Positions 1 to 13,194 of a stretch of 64,000 bases of DNA are shown piece by piece. The notes beneath the pieces are model-generated. The model had not been told where the DNA came from. It did no database searches and saw nothing but the letters and a program-made list of their open reading frames with translations. The translations under genes and the position numbers were made by a program. Position 1 is the first letter of the stretch; every line of letters begins with the position of its first letter. This stretch comes from Octopus vulgaris (Eukaryota). Location of the stretch: the NCBI GenBank assembly GCA_951406725.2, contig OX597838.1, forward strand, positions 9,424,001 through 9,488,000, given 5' to 3'.

Positions 1-53
1 AAACGCTGAAGCAGTTTGAATGGGAAACGATGCCTCACCCACCATATTCTCCT
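1..53 (+). pseudogene. mariner-type transposase fragment (window edge)
   Basis: Frame 3 reads TLKQFEWETMPHPPYSP, matching the mariner HPPYSPDL catalytic-domain motif; truncated by the following element. Confidence 0.7.
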
Positions 54-180
54 TGTTTCTTTCTATGGAAGAGCTTAGGCTCGAAACGTAAAATACTTTT
101 TCAATTCCCGAGCGTTATGCTAATACATCTGTTTGTTTTCTACACCACCTGTTTTCATCCTTTTTTTTTTCGTGAATTCT

Positions 181-184
<4 letters not shown>
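54..184 (+). mobile_element. short Penelope-terminus-like element with degenerate hammerhead (59-94)
   Basis: cttt-ctatgga-a-gagc ttag gctc-gaaac gt a-aaat, followed by a tail ending in (TA)n; homologous to 13389-13590 on the opposite strand. Confidence 0.6.
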
Positions 185-256
<72 letters not shown>

Positions 257-288
257 TTTATCTCAAAGCAGCAGAAATTCAACAAAAC

Positions 289-326
289 CTGTTACTCTGA
301 GTTTCACGTTCCCGTTCGTCGGACAG
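289..326 (-). ncRNA. minimal type I hammerhead ribozyme fold, CCGACGA core
   Basis: Reverse complement reads CTGT-CCGACGA-ACG GGAA CGT-GAA-ACTC A GAGT-A-ACAG; stems I, II and III all pair; GUA cleavage triplet. Confidence 0.7.
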
Positions 327-356
327 TTTGTTTTCTTTTTGTTTTTTTAACAAAAA

Positions 357-394
357 CTGTCCGACGAACGGGAACGTGAAACTCAGAGTAACAA
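357..394 (+). ncRNA. minimal hammerhead fold, CCGACGA core (inverted twin of 289-326)
   Basis: ctgt-ccgacga-acg ggaa cgt-gaa-actc a gagt-a-aca. Confidence 0.65.
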
Positions 395-476
395 TTTCTG
401 CTGCTTAAACATATTACTCTACCCCTGGTATTTGAGTATCTTTTTTCCACCTTGTTTCACATTTATGTGTTTACTC

Positions 477-520
<44 letters not shown>

Positions 521-531
<11 letters not shown>

Positions 532-752
532 TTAGAGACAAAACCACTATTTTGCAAAACAAACAAGGAAAGACTTAATCAATACATAAAATTTTAATAA
601 AAAGTAAATTTTTATTAAAATTTTATGTATTGATTAAGTCTTTCCTTGTTTGTTTTGCAAAATAGTGCTCTAATTAATATTATATACTATTTTTCTATAA
701 AATTGGATTTAATCCTTAATCTGATTTTTTTCCCTGTAAATTTGGATTTATT
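521..752. repeat. ~160-bp near-perfect palindrome plus short tail between (TA)n tracts
   Basis: taatattaattagag...cactattttgcaaaacaaacaaggaaagacttaatcaatacataaaattttaataaaaa is mirrored at ~609-684. Confidence 0.85.
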
Positions 753-756
753 CCTA

Positions 757-901
<145 letters not shown>

Positions 902-902
902 G

Positions 903-951
<49 letters not shown>

Positions 952-1151
952 TGTACAGTTAGATGTACGAAGACAACGCATGAGTTAGAAATGAATACGA
1001 ACAATCGCCATCCAGTCAGATTTCACTATACTGCGTAGTGAAAACTGTACTTAACAATGTTATTAGTTATGACTTACAGAGTAAAGTAAATGTAGCGGAA
1101 CTAATTACTTAGACTTGTGTCTATCTTAATGTTCTGGCGTACACACACACA

Positions 1152-1370
<219 letters not shown>

Positions 1371-1475
1371 GGGGGACTAAAAGTCACGCACCAAGATACA
1401 AATGATAATAATACTTTCTACTATAGGCACGACGCTTGAAATTTGTGAGGTCCTTAATATTCATCGGCAGGATGA

Positions 1476-1649
<174 letters not shown>

Positions 1650-1724
1650 TATGATAATTATTATAACAACGTAACATAAATATAATGTCAATTGTTTTGG
1701 TGACTTTTGTCCCACACTCTATAC

Positions 1725-1771
<47 letters not shown>

Positions 1772-1774
<3 letters not shown>

Positions 1775-2036
1775 TTTGAAACGTAGAGTAGATGAAAGCT
1801 TTAGCGACTGAAGAAGGGGTTTTTTCTTTGTGGTAATTGTCCTGTATTCTATTTTTTTTTTTGCTGTTTTTAAATAAATGTCCAGTTCCTTTGGTTTGTG
1901 TCTATGTTTTCGCTTATCATTGTGTTCGACGTCCTTTTGGTGTCCTGTACTCATATATGCGTGTATATGTACATGTAGAGGTAGGTACGTACATATATGT
2001 TTATATATATATGCATATGTTTTATTTTATTTATTA

Positions 2037-2040
<4 letters not shown>
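1772..2040 (+). mobile_element. dispersed repeat, Penelope-terminus-like (copy 1)
   Basis: Shares the gaaac... and tgtcctgtactca...tacatgtagaNgtaggtacgtacatatatgttt blocks with the reverse complement of 36270-36570. Confidence 0.55.
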
Positions 2041-2113
<73 letters not shown>

Positions 2114-2123
<10 letters not shown>

Positions 2124-2304
2124 TATAGAGAACTTTACAGGATTAGTACTGTTCATTAAGAGAAATCTTCAGGAAGCTCTGAAATTTCTCTGAATGAAAC
2201 AGTACTAGTCCTGTAGAAGTTCCTTCTATATAATAAATTAATTTTACTCTGCTATGTATTGAGTACCTTACTTACTGTGGTTAACCCCGAATCAACCCGG
2301 GACC

Positions 2305-2308
<4 letters not shown>
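2114..2308. mobile_element. palindromic element with hammerhead-like core (CTGAAGA on - strand, 2166-2172)
   Basis: Inverted arms ~2114-2166 and ~2184-2240, then a tail ending cccgggacctac; homolog at 32417-32558; flanked by (TA)n. Confidence 0.7.
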
Positions 2309-2357
<49 letters not shown>

Positions 2358-2409
2358 CCACACACACACACACACACGTCAAAACACCCATAACTGCGTG
2401 TGTATGCTT

Positions 2410-2456
<47 letters not shown>

Positions 2457-3017
2457 TAATCGTAAGAAATGGTAAGTGGAAGTGAAAAGTGAATGAATGG
2501 AAAAAAAATATTTAAAGGGTAAAAGTAAAAGTGGGATTAGAGTAAATCAATAAAAGAAAATTGAGAAGAAGAGAAAATGAGAGATATGTGGTGGTGGTGG
2601 TGGTGGTGGTGGTGGTGGTGGTGGAGGGGGCAGCAAATGGTGATTAGAGGAAAGAGTCAAAAAATCGAAGTGATTTCGATAGATGAAGTTGGGAAAGACT
2701 AAGAGATGAAGTAAGAGGGAGATAGAGAGAAAGGAGAAGGGAGGGTGAAGCAATCGAGCGTCGATGTTCCGCTTTTCGCCATTATGAAGTTTACGAGGAA
2801 AGAAACGAAATTTATAACCAGCTAAAAGTGCAATAAAAATATATATGAAATATATTGTCGAGTGCAAGTGTACTCTTGGTGGTGGTCATAAGTCTGTGGC
2901 GCAGTATTGACGTGTGATGTGCGATAATTATATAGAAGAAGAAGGAATGCGGTGAGATGGTAAAATCGTTGGCCGGACAAAGTGCTTAGCAATCTTTCTT
3001 CCCCTCCACTACCCCCC

Positions 3018-3140
3018 AAGGTGGCGAGGTGGCAGAATCGTTAGCATGCCAGACAAAATGCTTAGGGATAATTTTGTCCGTCTTGACGTTCTGAGTTCAA
3101 ATTCCGCCGAGGTCGACTTTGCCTTTCATCCCTTCAGGAT
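3018..3140 (+). mobile_element. SINE family B, 5' fragment
   Basis: ggtggcgaggtggcagaatcgttagc...gttctgagttcaaattccgccgaggtcgactttgcc (tRNA-like A/B boxes). Confidence 0.8.
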
Positions 3141-3950
3141 TAGTGAGAGTCTGAGAGACCCTGCAGATAGGCTACAAAGGATAGTCAGAGTTCAAAACAG
3201 AGCGGTAGGAGTTGAAACCAGGGAGAAGAGTAGACAGGAGGAACAAGGGAATGGTGATGGGGCTGTTAAGGATGAGGAACAGGAATGTTGTACAGTAAAC
3301 CCTGATACTATGGTAGGTGGACAGGCAGGGGGAATGAATCAACTAGAAAATGAATTGCTTGAAATTCAGAGACGACTCACCAAGTCGGATTACAATAATT
3401 GACTGGTTATGGCTTCACTTGGAGTGGATGATCCACTCGTTGGACCACCGAGTGGTAGCACTTTTAAGCCTACTTTCAAAATACATGGAAGGTTGTATCA
3501 CCGCATAGGAAGTCTCCTTACGCGCAGCTATATTTCGTTGACACTGAAAATGAGATGGGAAACAGGTTGTCATTCAGAGGAGCGGACAATGACCTTAATG
3601 AGAACATCCTGCTAGACTTGCATAGAGCACTGCATATGCACAATCCATATGACATAGGTTTTAAACTGGCTGTTGATATAATTAAGGAATTTTCTTTTCT
3701 ACTCTAGGCACAAGGCCCGAAATTTTGGGAAAGATGGCTGGAATGTGTTCTTGAAGGATAATGACCGAAGAAAAAAACATCACTAAATGTCACTTTTATT
3801 CTTATCGGCTTCAATGGCATAACGAAAAGTAGGCGTCTGATGCAACAATATTCAAAGATAGAGCAAGATCATTTACACCTCCTGAGAACTCATCAGAAAC
3901 AGCTTAAGGCTGAAAAGTACCAGGACCTTCTGGATGTCATTGCAAATAGT
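3141..3950 (+). pseudogene. internally deleted Helitron Rep-protein fragments
   Basis: Translations YNN..MASLG..TFKIHGRLYHRIGSLL, AQLYFVDTENEMGNRL...LHMHNPY and RLMQQY..SKIEQDHLHLLRTHQKQLKAEKYQDLLD match conserved Helitron Rep motifs; stops, frameshifts and large deletions present. Confidence 0.8.
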
Positions 3951-3953
3951 GAT

Positions 3954-4018
<65 letters not shown>

Positions 4019-4033
4019 TATTATTATTATTAC

Positions 4034-4094
<61 letters not shown>

Positions 4095-4095
<1 letters not shown>

Positions 4096-4453
4096 TATGT
4101 TTGACTTTTGCTTTATATTTGTACAAGTTGGCTCCAAGTCTCACCCAGAGACCTCAAGAGACAACAGGGTTGGAAGTTCATGTTGTTGTTATGCCTAGTG
4201 TGCCATATATTTGGGAGGTGGGGTGTTGTACTAATGAATGTCTAAAAAAAAAAGTTGTTTTTTTTTGTTTTTTTTTAAACCGAAAATTATGTTTGTTTTA
4301 AACCTTGAGATTACATAGAAAGTATTTTGCGTAGGATATGAGCAGTCCCATGAGCACTATCTTTTGAATTTCTGCCATTTTGGGGTTTCCTGGTATCTGA
4401 GTTAGGTAGCTATCAGCCCCTTTTGCTATCATTCCCAGGGCACCTATGACAAC

Positions 4454-4455
<2 letters not shown>
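4095..4455 (-). mobile_element. Dong/R4-clade non-LTR retrotransposon 3' end
   Basis: VVIGALGMIAKGADSYLTQIPGNPKMAEIQKIVLMG.AHILRKILSM* plus 3' UTR; (TAA)n on both sides. Confidence 0.75.
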
Positions 4456-4505
<50 letters not shown>

Positions 4506-4716
4506 GGCGGCGAGCTGGCAGAGTTTTAGAATGCCGGGCAAAAATGTTGAGAGGCACTTCCTCTGTCTTTTTATGTTCTAAGTTCAAATTCCGCCTCGGC
4601 CGACTTTGCCTTTCGTCTTTTCTGCGTCGATAAAATAGGTACCAGTTGAGCACTGGAGTCGATGTAATCGACGTACCCCTTTCCTCGAAAATGCTGGCCT
4701 TGTGCCAAAATTTGAA
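4506..4716 (+). mobile_element. SINE family B
   Basis: ggcggcgagctggcaga head, gttcaaattccgcc B box, gtcgataaa...gtaccagttgagcactgg body. Confidence 0.8.
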
Positions 4717-4739
4717 AAATAATAATAATAATAATAACA

Positions 4740-4801
<62 letters not shown>

Positions 4802-4829
4802 CATCATCATTATCATTATTATTATTATC

Positions 4830-5362
4830 ATTCAGTAGTTTTGTTTTTATAGCGTGCTTTCACTTCACTACCGAGCGCAGCTGTGTGCCTTGGGTATGTG
4901 CTGTGATTTGTTGTGATGCTCTGATGGTTATTGTATGGAAAGTGTTCTGCGTAGGGATGTGTGCAGTGCCTAGTAGTGCAATTTTCTGTATGTTATATGT
5001 GTTTGTAAGTCCTGGTGTTTTTGTTATGTATTTGTCTGAATATTTTTTTATCATGCCTAATGCACCTACTATGATAGGAATTGTTTCTGTTTTCAGATTC
5101 CACATTCTAGTTACCTCTATTTCTAGGTCTTTGTATTTTGAGAGTTTCTCCATTTCTTTTAGAGACACGTTGTCATCTGCCGGTATTGATACATCAATTA
5201 GAAAGCATTTTTTCTTCATGATCTCTGACAACTATATCTGGTCTGTTGGCCTTAATTTCTCTATCTGTGTGTATCGGCATATCCCAGAGTATGGTTGCTT
5301 TCTCGTTTTCTGTGACCTTTTCTGGTGTGTGCCTATACCATCTTTTTTCTGTTGTTATTCCA
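4830..5362 (-). mobile_element. Dong/R4-clade retrotransposon 3' end encoding restriction-like endonuclease
   Basis: WYRHTPEKVTENEKATILWDMPIHTDREIKANRPDIVV/CFLIDVSIPADDNVSLKEMEKLSKYKDLEIEVTRMW...IPIIVGALG (PD-D/ExK RLE domain); frameshift near 5215; flanked by (TAA)n. Confidence 0.85.
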
Positions 5363-5380
5363 TTATTATTATCATTATCA

Positions 5381-5468
<88 letters not shown>

Positions 5469-5476
5469 CATTATCA

Positions 5477-5574
<98 letters not shown>

Positions 5575-6279
5575 TGTTATATTGTTGTGTTTATTGTTGT
5601 AGTCTTTGTTGTTACTGTTTGTGTTTATTATTGTTGTTGTTATTGTTTTTGTTATTGTTCTTGTTTCGTAAAGACTGTTATCTTGAGTTGGATTTAGTGA
5701 CTGGGTTTTAAATGGAAAAGTGTTAATTTTAAGTGCAGCAACAACATCAGAAATATATCCAGTTAATTGCTCCTATCATTTTTCTACTTTGGGGGGAAAA
5801 ATAACATTTTTTTTTGTTTTTGTTTTTTTTGTTTGAGAAGAAATTTTTCTTTTCATTTCTAAATTGACAAAATGGCTTCGAGCGGGAACACCCACATAAT
5901 CGCGAACTCTGGCAAATACACTTTTACAGACAGTAAACAACAACAAAAAGAAACAATAAAAGAACACGGACAAAAATACTTTGCAGCAGAACATTTAAAA
6001 TTTAAAAGGAAAAAAGAAAGACTATGACTTTTCTATCGATAATGAATTAGCTATTAATTTCAGCGAGTTTTTTAGTAAATATCCAAAACACTCACACGAC
6101 CACACGCCATTTTGCTGAGCAAGAATTTTATAAATGGAAGTATTTTTTACATACATTAGTGACATTTTGGACGTGAAGAGTAGCTACTGGCTGGACAAAA
6201 TGTGGCAGCGCCTGTGTGACAAAAGATTCCTTCTCTGAGGAATGTGTCTAAGAACAAGCAATGAAAAAAAAATGATATT

Positions 6280-6460
6280 CGAAGAGGTATCAAAAAGTTC
6301 CCGTACTAGTTCTCTAGCGCACCAACTGATGGCAGCACACAGCTGTGCGCACACTGAGAGCTAGCAGTGACCTTCATGAGGCAGTGTTCCGGGTGACATT
6401 GCTGTGTTTACTTCGCAAGTTGTGAAATCTATGTTTTTGTTATCACGTATATGCTGTGTC
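6280..6460 (+). mobile_element. mariner-like 5' terminal fragment
   Basis: Begins cgaagaggtatcaaaaagttcc, resembling mariner-type TIRs; no coding remnant seen. Confidence 0.4.
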
Positions 6461-6479
6461 ATATATTTGGTTTTGCATA

Positions 6480-6810
6480 TAGTATTGTTCTAGAGAAGGT
6501 TTATGAAAATTATGAGTTTGTTTTAAAATTTGAGATTACATAGACAGTATTTTACGTAGGATATTGGCAGTTCCATTGAGCACCTGTCATTTTGGGGGTC
6601 TCCTGGTATCTGAGCTAGGTTGGAATCAGCCCCCTTTGTTATCATTCCTAGGGCACCAATGACAACAGATATTGTTTCAGCCTTCAGGTTATACATTTTG
6701 CCAGTTTCTTTTTCAAGATCTTTATACTTGCTAAGTGTTTGGCGGGTCTTCACAGATACATTTATGTCGTTTGGGACAGTTATATCAATGAGGAAGCACG
6801 AAACCACAAC
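6480..6810 (-). mobile_element. Dong/R4-clade 3' fragment (same subfamily as 4095-4455)
   Basis: CFLIDITVPNDINVSVKTRQTLSKYKDLEKETGKMYNLKAETISVVIGALGMI. Confidence 0.8.
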
Positions 6811-7257
6811 TTGTGATTGTAAGTACGACATCCACACCATTAGCCAAGACGCTTTCATGAATTCAAGTATCTGATTAGGTAAGAAACTATAATCCATAAG
6901 TCGCACAATTAGACACTGTGCACTTAGTTATAAAATAGACTTTTAATATTATTAGAAGAAAGCTTCTTTTGGAAATACACATGAAATGTCAATGTTTTTC
7001 AATGCCCTTCTCCACAATCAACGATACAAGAATTTTTCTGTAATTGATAATGGTAAAATGGCGTAGGGCTCTTGACTTAATAATCAAATGTTTGTGTATG
7101 TTTGAATTTACGTGTGCATATAGACATATATAAGGACACACATACACGCATGCACGCACACACACACACACACATACACACACACATACACACAAATATG
7201 TATATAGATATATAATATTTGTATTATGATTATAGACAGATAGACAGACAGACAGAG

Positions 7258-7378
<121 letters not shown>

Positions 7379-8535
7379 AATAGATAGATAAATAGATAGA
7401 TAGACAGACAGATAGGCTGTTAGCTTGATGGACGACTGCATCACACACACCTCGACCTTCATTTCACCCCCACCCCTGATTGGCTGATTTCTAACCACAT
7501 ACGCACACACACACACACACACACATACACACATATATATATATGCGTGTGCGTGTGTGTGTATGTGTATGTATATTTTTATATATATATATATATATGT
7601 ATATTAGTGTACATGCGTATATGTATATATGTATGTGTGTGTCCGGGCGTGTGTGTGTGTGTGTGAGTGTGTGTGTGTGTGTGTGTGAACGCATGTATGT
7701 ATGTATGTATTCATGTGCATATACACACAGATACACCTACGCACCTCCACTAAACATCATAGTAGGCAACAGTTATGAGCATCCACGAAAAATACTATCT
7801 ACACCGCCATCACTCTCACCACGACCACCACCACCACCATTAATAACAACAACAGAAGCAACAAACAACAACAATAACAACATATTCACATAACGTATTC
7901 AAGACAATCAATTCGTTTAATGACATCTAACTTTATTAGCTGGGGGTTAAATCAACCGCCAGCGTAAATCACGGAAGATTTCGTTATTATTTCTCTCAAG
8001 TTCAATGTCCTGCCTTGGCTATTAAACTCACACCGTCCTCCATATTGATTTCTTAAGTCTGTATATCGGTATCTTCGAGTAATTTCATGTAACTTCATGT
8101 ATCTCTATGGTGGTCCTGCTTGTGTAGTCGGGGGGGGGGGGGGTAAAAACATATAAAAAGATATACAACTAAATTTCTTTCCTACCTTCTCTTTTTCTCT
8201 CTCCCTTTCAATATATATATGTGTGCGTGTGTGTGTGTTTGTATATTCTGTATATGTATATATATGTATATATATATGCATATATATATGTTTATATAGG
8301 TATATTATGTATATATATATATATGATTATATATATGTATATATATGTATGTATCTGTATATACATATATACACACACACACATATATATATATATACAT
8401 ATACATGTATATATATATGTATGTGTATATACATATATATACATATATGCATATAAATATACATATATATATACATATATATGTATGTATATATATATAT
8501 GTATATATATGTATATATATGTATATATATGTATG

Positions 8536-8595
<60 letters not shown>

Positions 8596-8699
8596 CTCTT
8601 TTACTCTTTTACTTGTTTCAGTCATTTGACTGTGGCCTTGCTGGAGCGCTACATTTATATACATATATATACATATTTACACACACACACACATCAATA

Positions 8700-8955
8700 T
8701 ACTGCTCCGATCAATAAGTAACCGGACTGTTGCCATAGTAAGGAAGCTAAAGCACTCAAAGGGAAGCCACTTGGCACAGATAGACCTGGAACTCTGCTGT
8801 ACACTAAACTTTCATATTGTAGCTCACTTCCACTGTTTACAGCAGTGCTTGGAAGGAAGGTGTGTAGCGTGTGATCGTCGCATTGATCATGATAGAGAAA
8901 GTTGAGCAGAGAATCTCGGCATCAAATTTTTCCAAAAGCTTGGTGATAAATGTTT
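8700..8955 (+). mobile_element. mariner 5' fragment with transposase N-terminus
   Basis: atgatagagaaagttgagcagagaatc...atcaaatttttccaaaagcttggt reads MIEKVEQRI/IKFFQKLG, matching the mariner EQRxxIKFxxKLG motif (frameshifted). Confidence 0.6.
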
Positions 8956-9198
8956 CTGTATGTTATGTAATATACTAGCGGAAATATATTCGATCTTTGA
9001 ACGTATTTCCCGTCATCCTCATGTAGTTTTCTACTATTAACCTATACGGAGCACAGAGAACTTGGCACAGAAATGCAATGTGTTTGATAAGCATTTATCA
9101 CTGAGTGGACACTACATAGAGATATTGAAATCTTATGCAGTTATATAACAGTGGTAGATTTGTCTTCACACGTATGTCTCTGTTTTTTTTTATTATTT

Positions 9199-9246
9199 GT
9201 TCTAACTAATTAAACAGAGATGGTTCTAACTAATTAAACAGAGATG
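9199..9246. repeat. 24-bp tandem duplication
   Basis: gttctaactaattaaacagagatg occurs twice in tandem. Confidence 0.9.
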
Positions 9247-9838
9247 TTTTCTGTGCAGCTATAACTAACTTCCACATTTTTTTGTTGATCAGGTTGCGAT
9301 ATTCATAGTTAACAAGGAAATTGTTAATACTGCAGTTAGGAAATTTTTTGTTCTCTCAGACTTAGGATTCACAATAAAATTAATTTTCCATGTCCTGGTA
9401 TTATTAGTCTCCAGATTATTTATTATTTCATTTTGTATGTACTGCAATATATCTCCTCAAATCTATTATTTTTAACTTGGTGTATCATTGTAGCTTAATT
9501 AAACACACACACACACATATATATGCATACATATATATACAAATTCATACATATATCTATAAACATATACATATATATATATATATTACACGTGTACACA
9601 CATATACATAAGTATGCATGTATGCATAAATATATATATATATACACACACACATGATACATATACATGTACATATATGTAATATATGCATTTAAATGTG
9701 TGTATATATATATACATACATGCATGCGTATATCTATATACATATATATAATACATATATATATATGTACATATACGTGTGTGTGCCTATATGCATATAA
9801 ATACGATATATATGTGTATACACACACAAGTATAGGTT

Positions 9839-9880
<42 letters not shown>

Positions 9881-10530
9881 TATATGTTAATATACATTTA
9901 TTGTCGTTGCTGTTGTTGTTGTTGTTGTTGTCATCGTTGTCATCGTCGTCGTAGCCGTTGTCATTGATGCAGAAAACCTTGACTATTCCCTTGCCAATCA
10001 TGGCGCGTACATTTGTAACGGTTTTTATGATTATTAATCATCAATGGTCATAGTTTCAATTATTTTATAGCAGGTTGAGTTAGATTGCCGTTCATTTTTC
10101 TGTTGTCAAATCTACAGAGAGCACAATATATTTCTGTAGGTGTGTTTCTACGAGTTACATGCAATCCATTTGGAATATCTCTCATCGCATTGTAGTTTCA
10201 CATACACCAAGTCGTCAAATGACAGACGATAATTACCGACACGATTTAGATTTAGCATACCGGCATCATTGATAGTAGCCGTAGTGTCGTAGTAAATCTT
10301 TACCTGAATTGTATAACGCAAGTATGACTTTATTAATTGAAAGGTAAAAAAAAAAGACGAAAACATCTCAACGGAAAGAACAACATACAAGTAAGGTAAT
10401 CATAAAATAAACTACATCGTAAATTCACCAAGTACCGTATTGCAGACGTTTACTTATATTTTAAATGTTATACACTAGCAAACATATATGCTCATACACA
10501 TAACAGCCTACAGATATACATATCCTTAGT

Positions 10531-11166
10531 GGTCAGACCGTATGGGGTCTACATTTAGCATATTAGGAGTCCACCTAGTAGTCATTCCTCTTATATGTAT
10601 GTTATATAATTTTCTGAATCTTCAGAATTTCTTCAATATGCTCTATCAGTATTTTAATGTCTTTCAACCTGCTGTTTTTTGTGTCACCAATCAGGCCGTG
10701 CTCTAGGCCACTGGTTTAAATTTATATTAATCTAATTAATATAAATTTTTGACCCTTATTATTTAAATTTAAATAACCATGTTCTCTAATCGACAGGCTT
10801 CGATGAGGTAATTTATTTTCTGCTGAGTCATTTCCGGTTTCGGGGCGCCAAAACGAAGACATTTGAAATATACCCCCAAATATAATTGATAGAACTGTAT
10901 GCATGTTCTCACTCGGGAGGACGTCTCGTGGATACGTCTGGAAATTATATTTTCTATGATGGTCACACTGAAGGTTTGCAGACATTTACGTAATGTAAAT
11001 GGTAACTATGAAACCACGGTATGTGACTAACCATTATATTTTCTATCTTTTCATTTGTCTTGACCGCTTTACTCTCTGGCGTTTTGCCGAATTTTCTTGA
11101 GAATAATTTTTCGTAATGGTCAGATCATATGGGGACAACATTTAGAATATTAGGAGTCCACCTAGT
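10531..11166. repeat. 49-bp imperfect direct repeats 587 bp apart
   Basis: ggtcagaccgtatggggtctacatttagcatattaggagtccacctagt (10531-10579) vs ggtcagatcatatggggacaacatttagaatattaggagtccacctagt (11118-11166). Confidence 0.85.
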
Positions 11167-11370
11167 GTCCGTGTTTGTCCCCCCACCTCTCCAGCATCGC
11201 TTGACAACCGATGCTTGTGTGTTTACGTCCCCGTTACCTAGCGGTTCGGCAAGAGCGACCGATAGAATAATTACTAGGCTTACAAAGAATAAGTCCCGGG
11301 GGCGATTTGCTCGACGAAAGGTGGTACTCCAACATGGCCGCAGTCAAATGGCGGAAACAAATAAAAGAAT
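11167..11370 (+). mobile_element. SINE family A, 3' half
   Basis: gtgtttgtcccc...ttgacaaccgatgct...gcggttcggcaa...catggccgcagtcaaatg. Confidence 0.8.
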
Positions 11371-11436
11371 ATACATATATATATATATATATATATACAT
11401 ATATGTATATATATATATACATATATATATATATAC

Positions 11437-11566
<130 letters not shown>

Positions 11567-12183
11567 GTACATGTATGTGTGTGAAAAGTAAGTATATATG
11601 GACGTATATGCGTGTGTGTGTGTGTGTACAAGCGTTTATTTGCATGTATTCATATTTACTGCATTCCAGTGAAAATATAGGTTGCTAGGCTGAAAAGTTC
11701 TGGACAAACTCTCTATCCTCTTTCTCTCTTTATCTTTCTTTCTCTCTCTCTCTCTCTCTCTCTCAGTCTATCTCTCTCCCAGTCTATCTCTCTCCTGTCT
11801 ATGCCAGTCTATCTCTCTCATACAGGAAGTATGGGAATGTATATGTGAAACGGAGATTGGAGGTGGTTACGAACGCTACGAAAACTATCACGTCAGTATG
11901 AATACAATGAAACAACTGGTGCATTTATTCATTGTTTGTTGGTGGCACTTATCGCTTTCCATAGAAACAATCCCTTCTACTATGTATGCAAAAACTTAAG
12001 ATAACTCCATAATACAAGGCTCTGTTAATGAAGAATTTAGACTATTTGGAGCGTGTTCTTGAGTGGGCCGATTATGTGGTGGATGTAGCACTTAAAGGAC
12101 AGCTAAGAACAAGGAGTTTGAAATGGTTCTCCTAAATTTATAGTCAGCCTTTATTCAATAAGAGCAACGCTTTTTCTCCTTAG

Positions 12184-12215
<32 letters not shown>

Positions 12216-12379
12216 ACTTTCTCTCTCTTTCTTTCTCTCTCATCTTTCTCGTCTTCACCGACGACAAACACACACGTACGTAAACAACCAGGCAAACAAA
12301 CAAACGCACACGATGCGATACATGGATAAATAGAAGCACGCACTCATATAATCAAACACACATATATAAATATGTGTAT

Positions 12380-12452
<73 letters not shown>

Positions 12453-12464
12453 AATATATATACG

Positions 12465-12725
12465 TGTTGTGTTCTTGAGCAAGACTTTTTATTTCACGTT
12501 GCTCCAGTTCACTCAGCTGTAGAAATGAGTTGCGACATCACTGGTGCCAAGCTGTATCGGCCCTTGCCTTTCCCTTGGACAACATCGGTGACGTGGAGAG
12601 GGGAGGCCGGTATGCATGGGCAACTGAAGGTCTTCTATAAAACAACCTTGCCCAGACTTGTGCCTTAGAGGGTAACTCTCTAGGTGCAAACCCATGGTCA
12701 GTGTCTGACCGAAGGGGGTCACCAA
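12465..12725 (+). mobile_element. SINE-like family C fragment
   Basis: High similarity to 15970-16215 (ttatttcac..cagttcactcagctgtagaaatgag...ggtgccaagctgtat...gaagggggtc). Confidence 0.7.
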
Positions 12726-12804
12726 CATATATACGTATATATAAATATATATGCGTATATATATATGTATATCTACACATATATATGCATATATATATAC
12801 ATAC

Positions 12805-12850
<46 letters not shown>

Positions 12851-12944
12851 ATATATACACACACATATATACATACGTACATACATACATAAGCATATAT
12901 GTATGTGGGTTTGTGTAAAATTCTGTGCATGTGTGTTTGTCCGG

Positions 12945-12987
<43 letters not shown>

Positions 12988-13015
12988 TATGAATGTATGC
13001 ATGTATGTATACGTG

Positions 13016-13062
<47 letters not shown>

Positions 13063-13194
13063 CACATACACACACATATACTTAGATGCATGCAAACATA
13101 CATACACAGACATACAATAGACACCTTTAATTTTCAAAATCTTTTATTTAATACGCAAAGCGAACAATTGAAATGTAATCGATAGGTAGGACTC

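Larger units (their letters stand above)
256..481. mobile_element. palindromic non-coding element with two inverted hammerhead copies, flanked by (TA)n
   Basis: Inverted arms ~266-329 and ~354-406 (aagcagcagaaatt...aatttctgctgctt), plus a unique tail at 407-481. Confidence 0.75.

Noticed and set aside
7480-7496. CCAAT-box-like ctgattggctga
   Set aside because: Isolated short motif between microsatellites; no supporting promoter or exon context.
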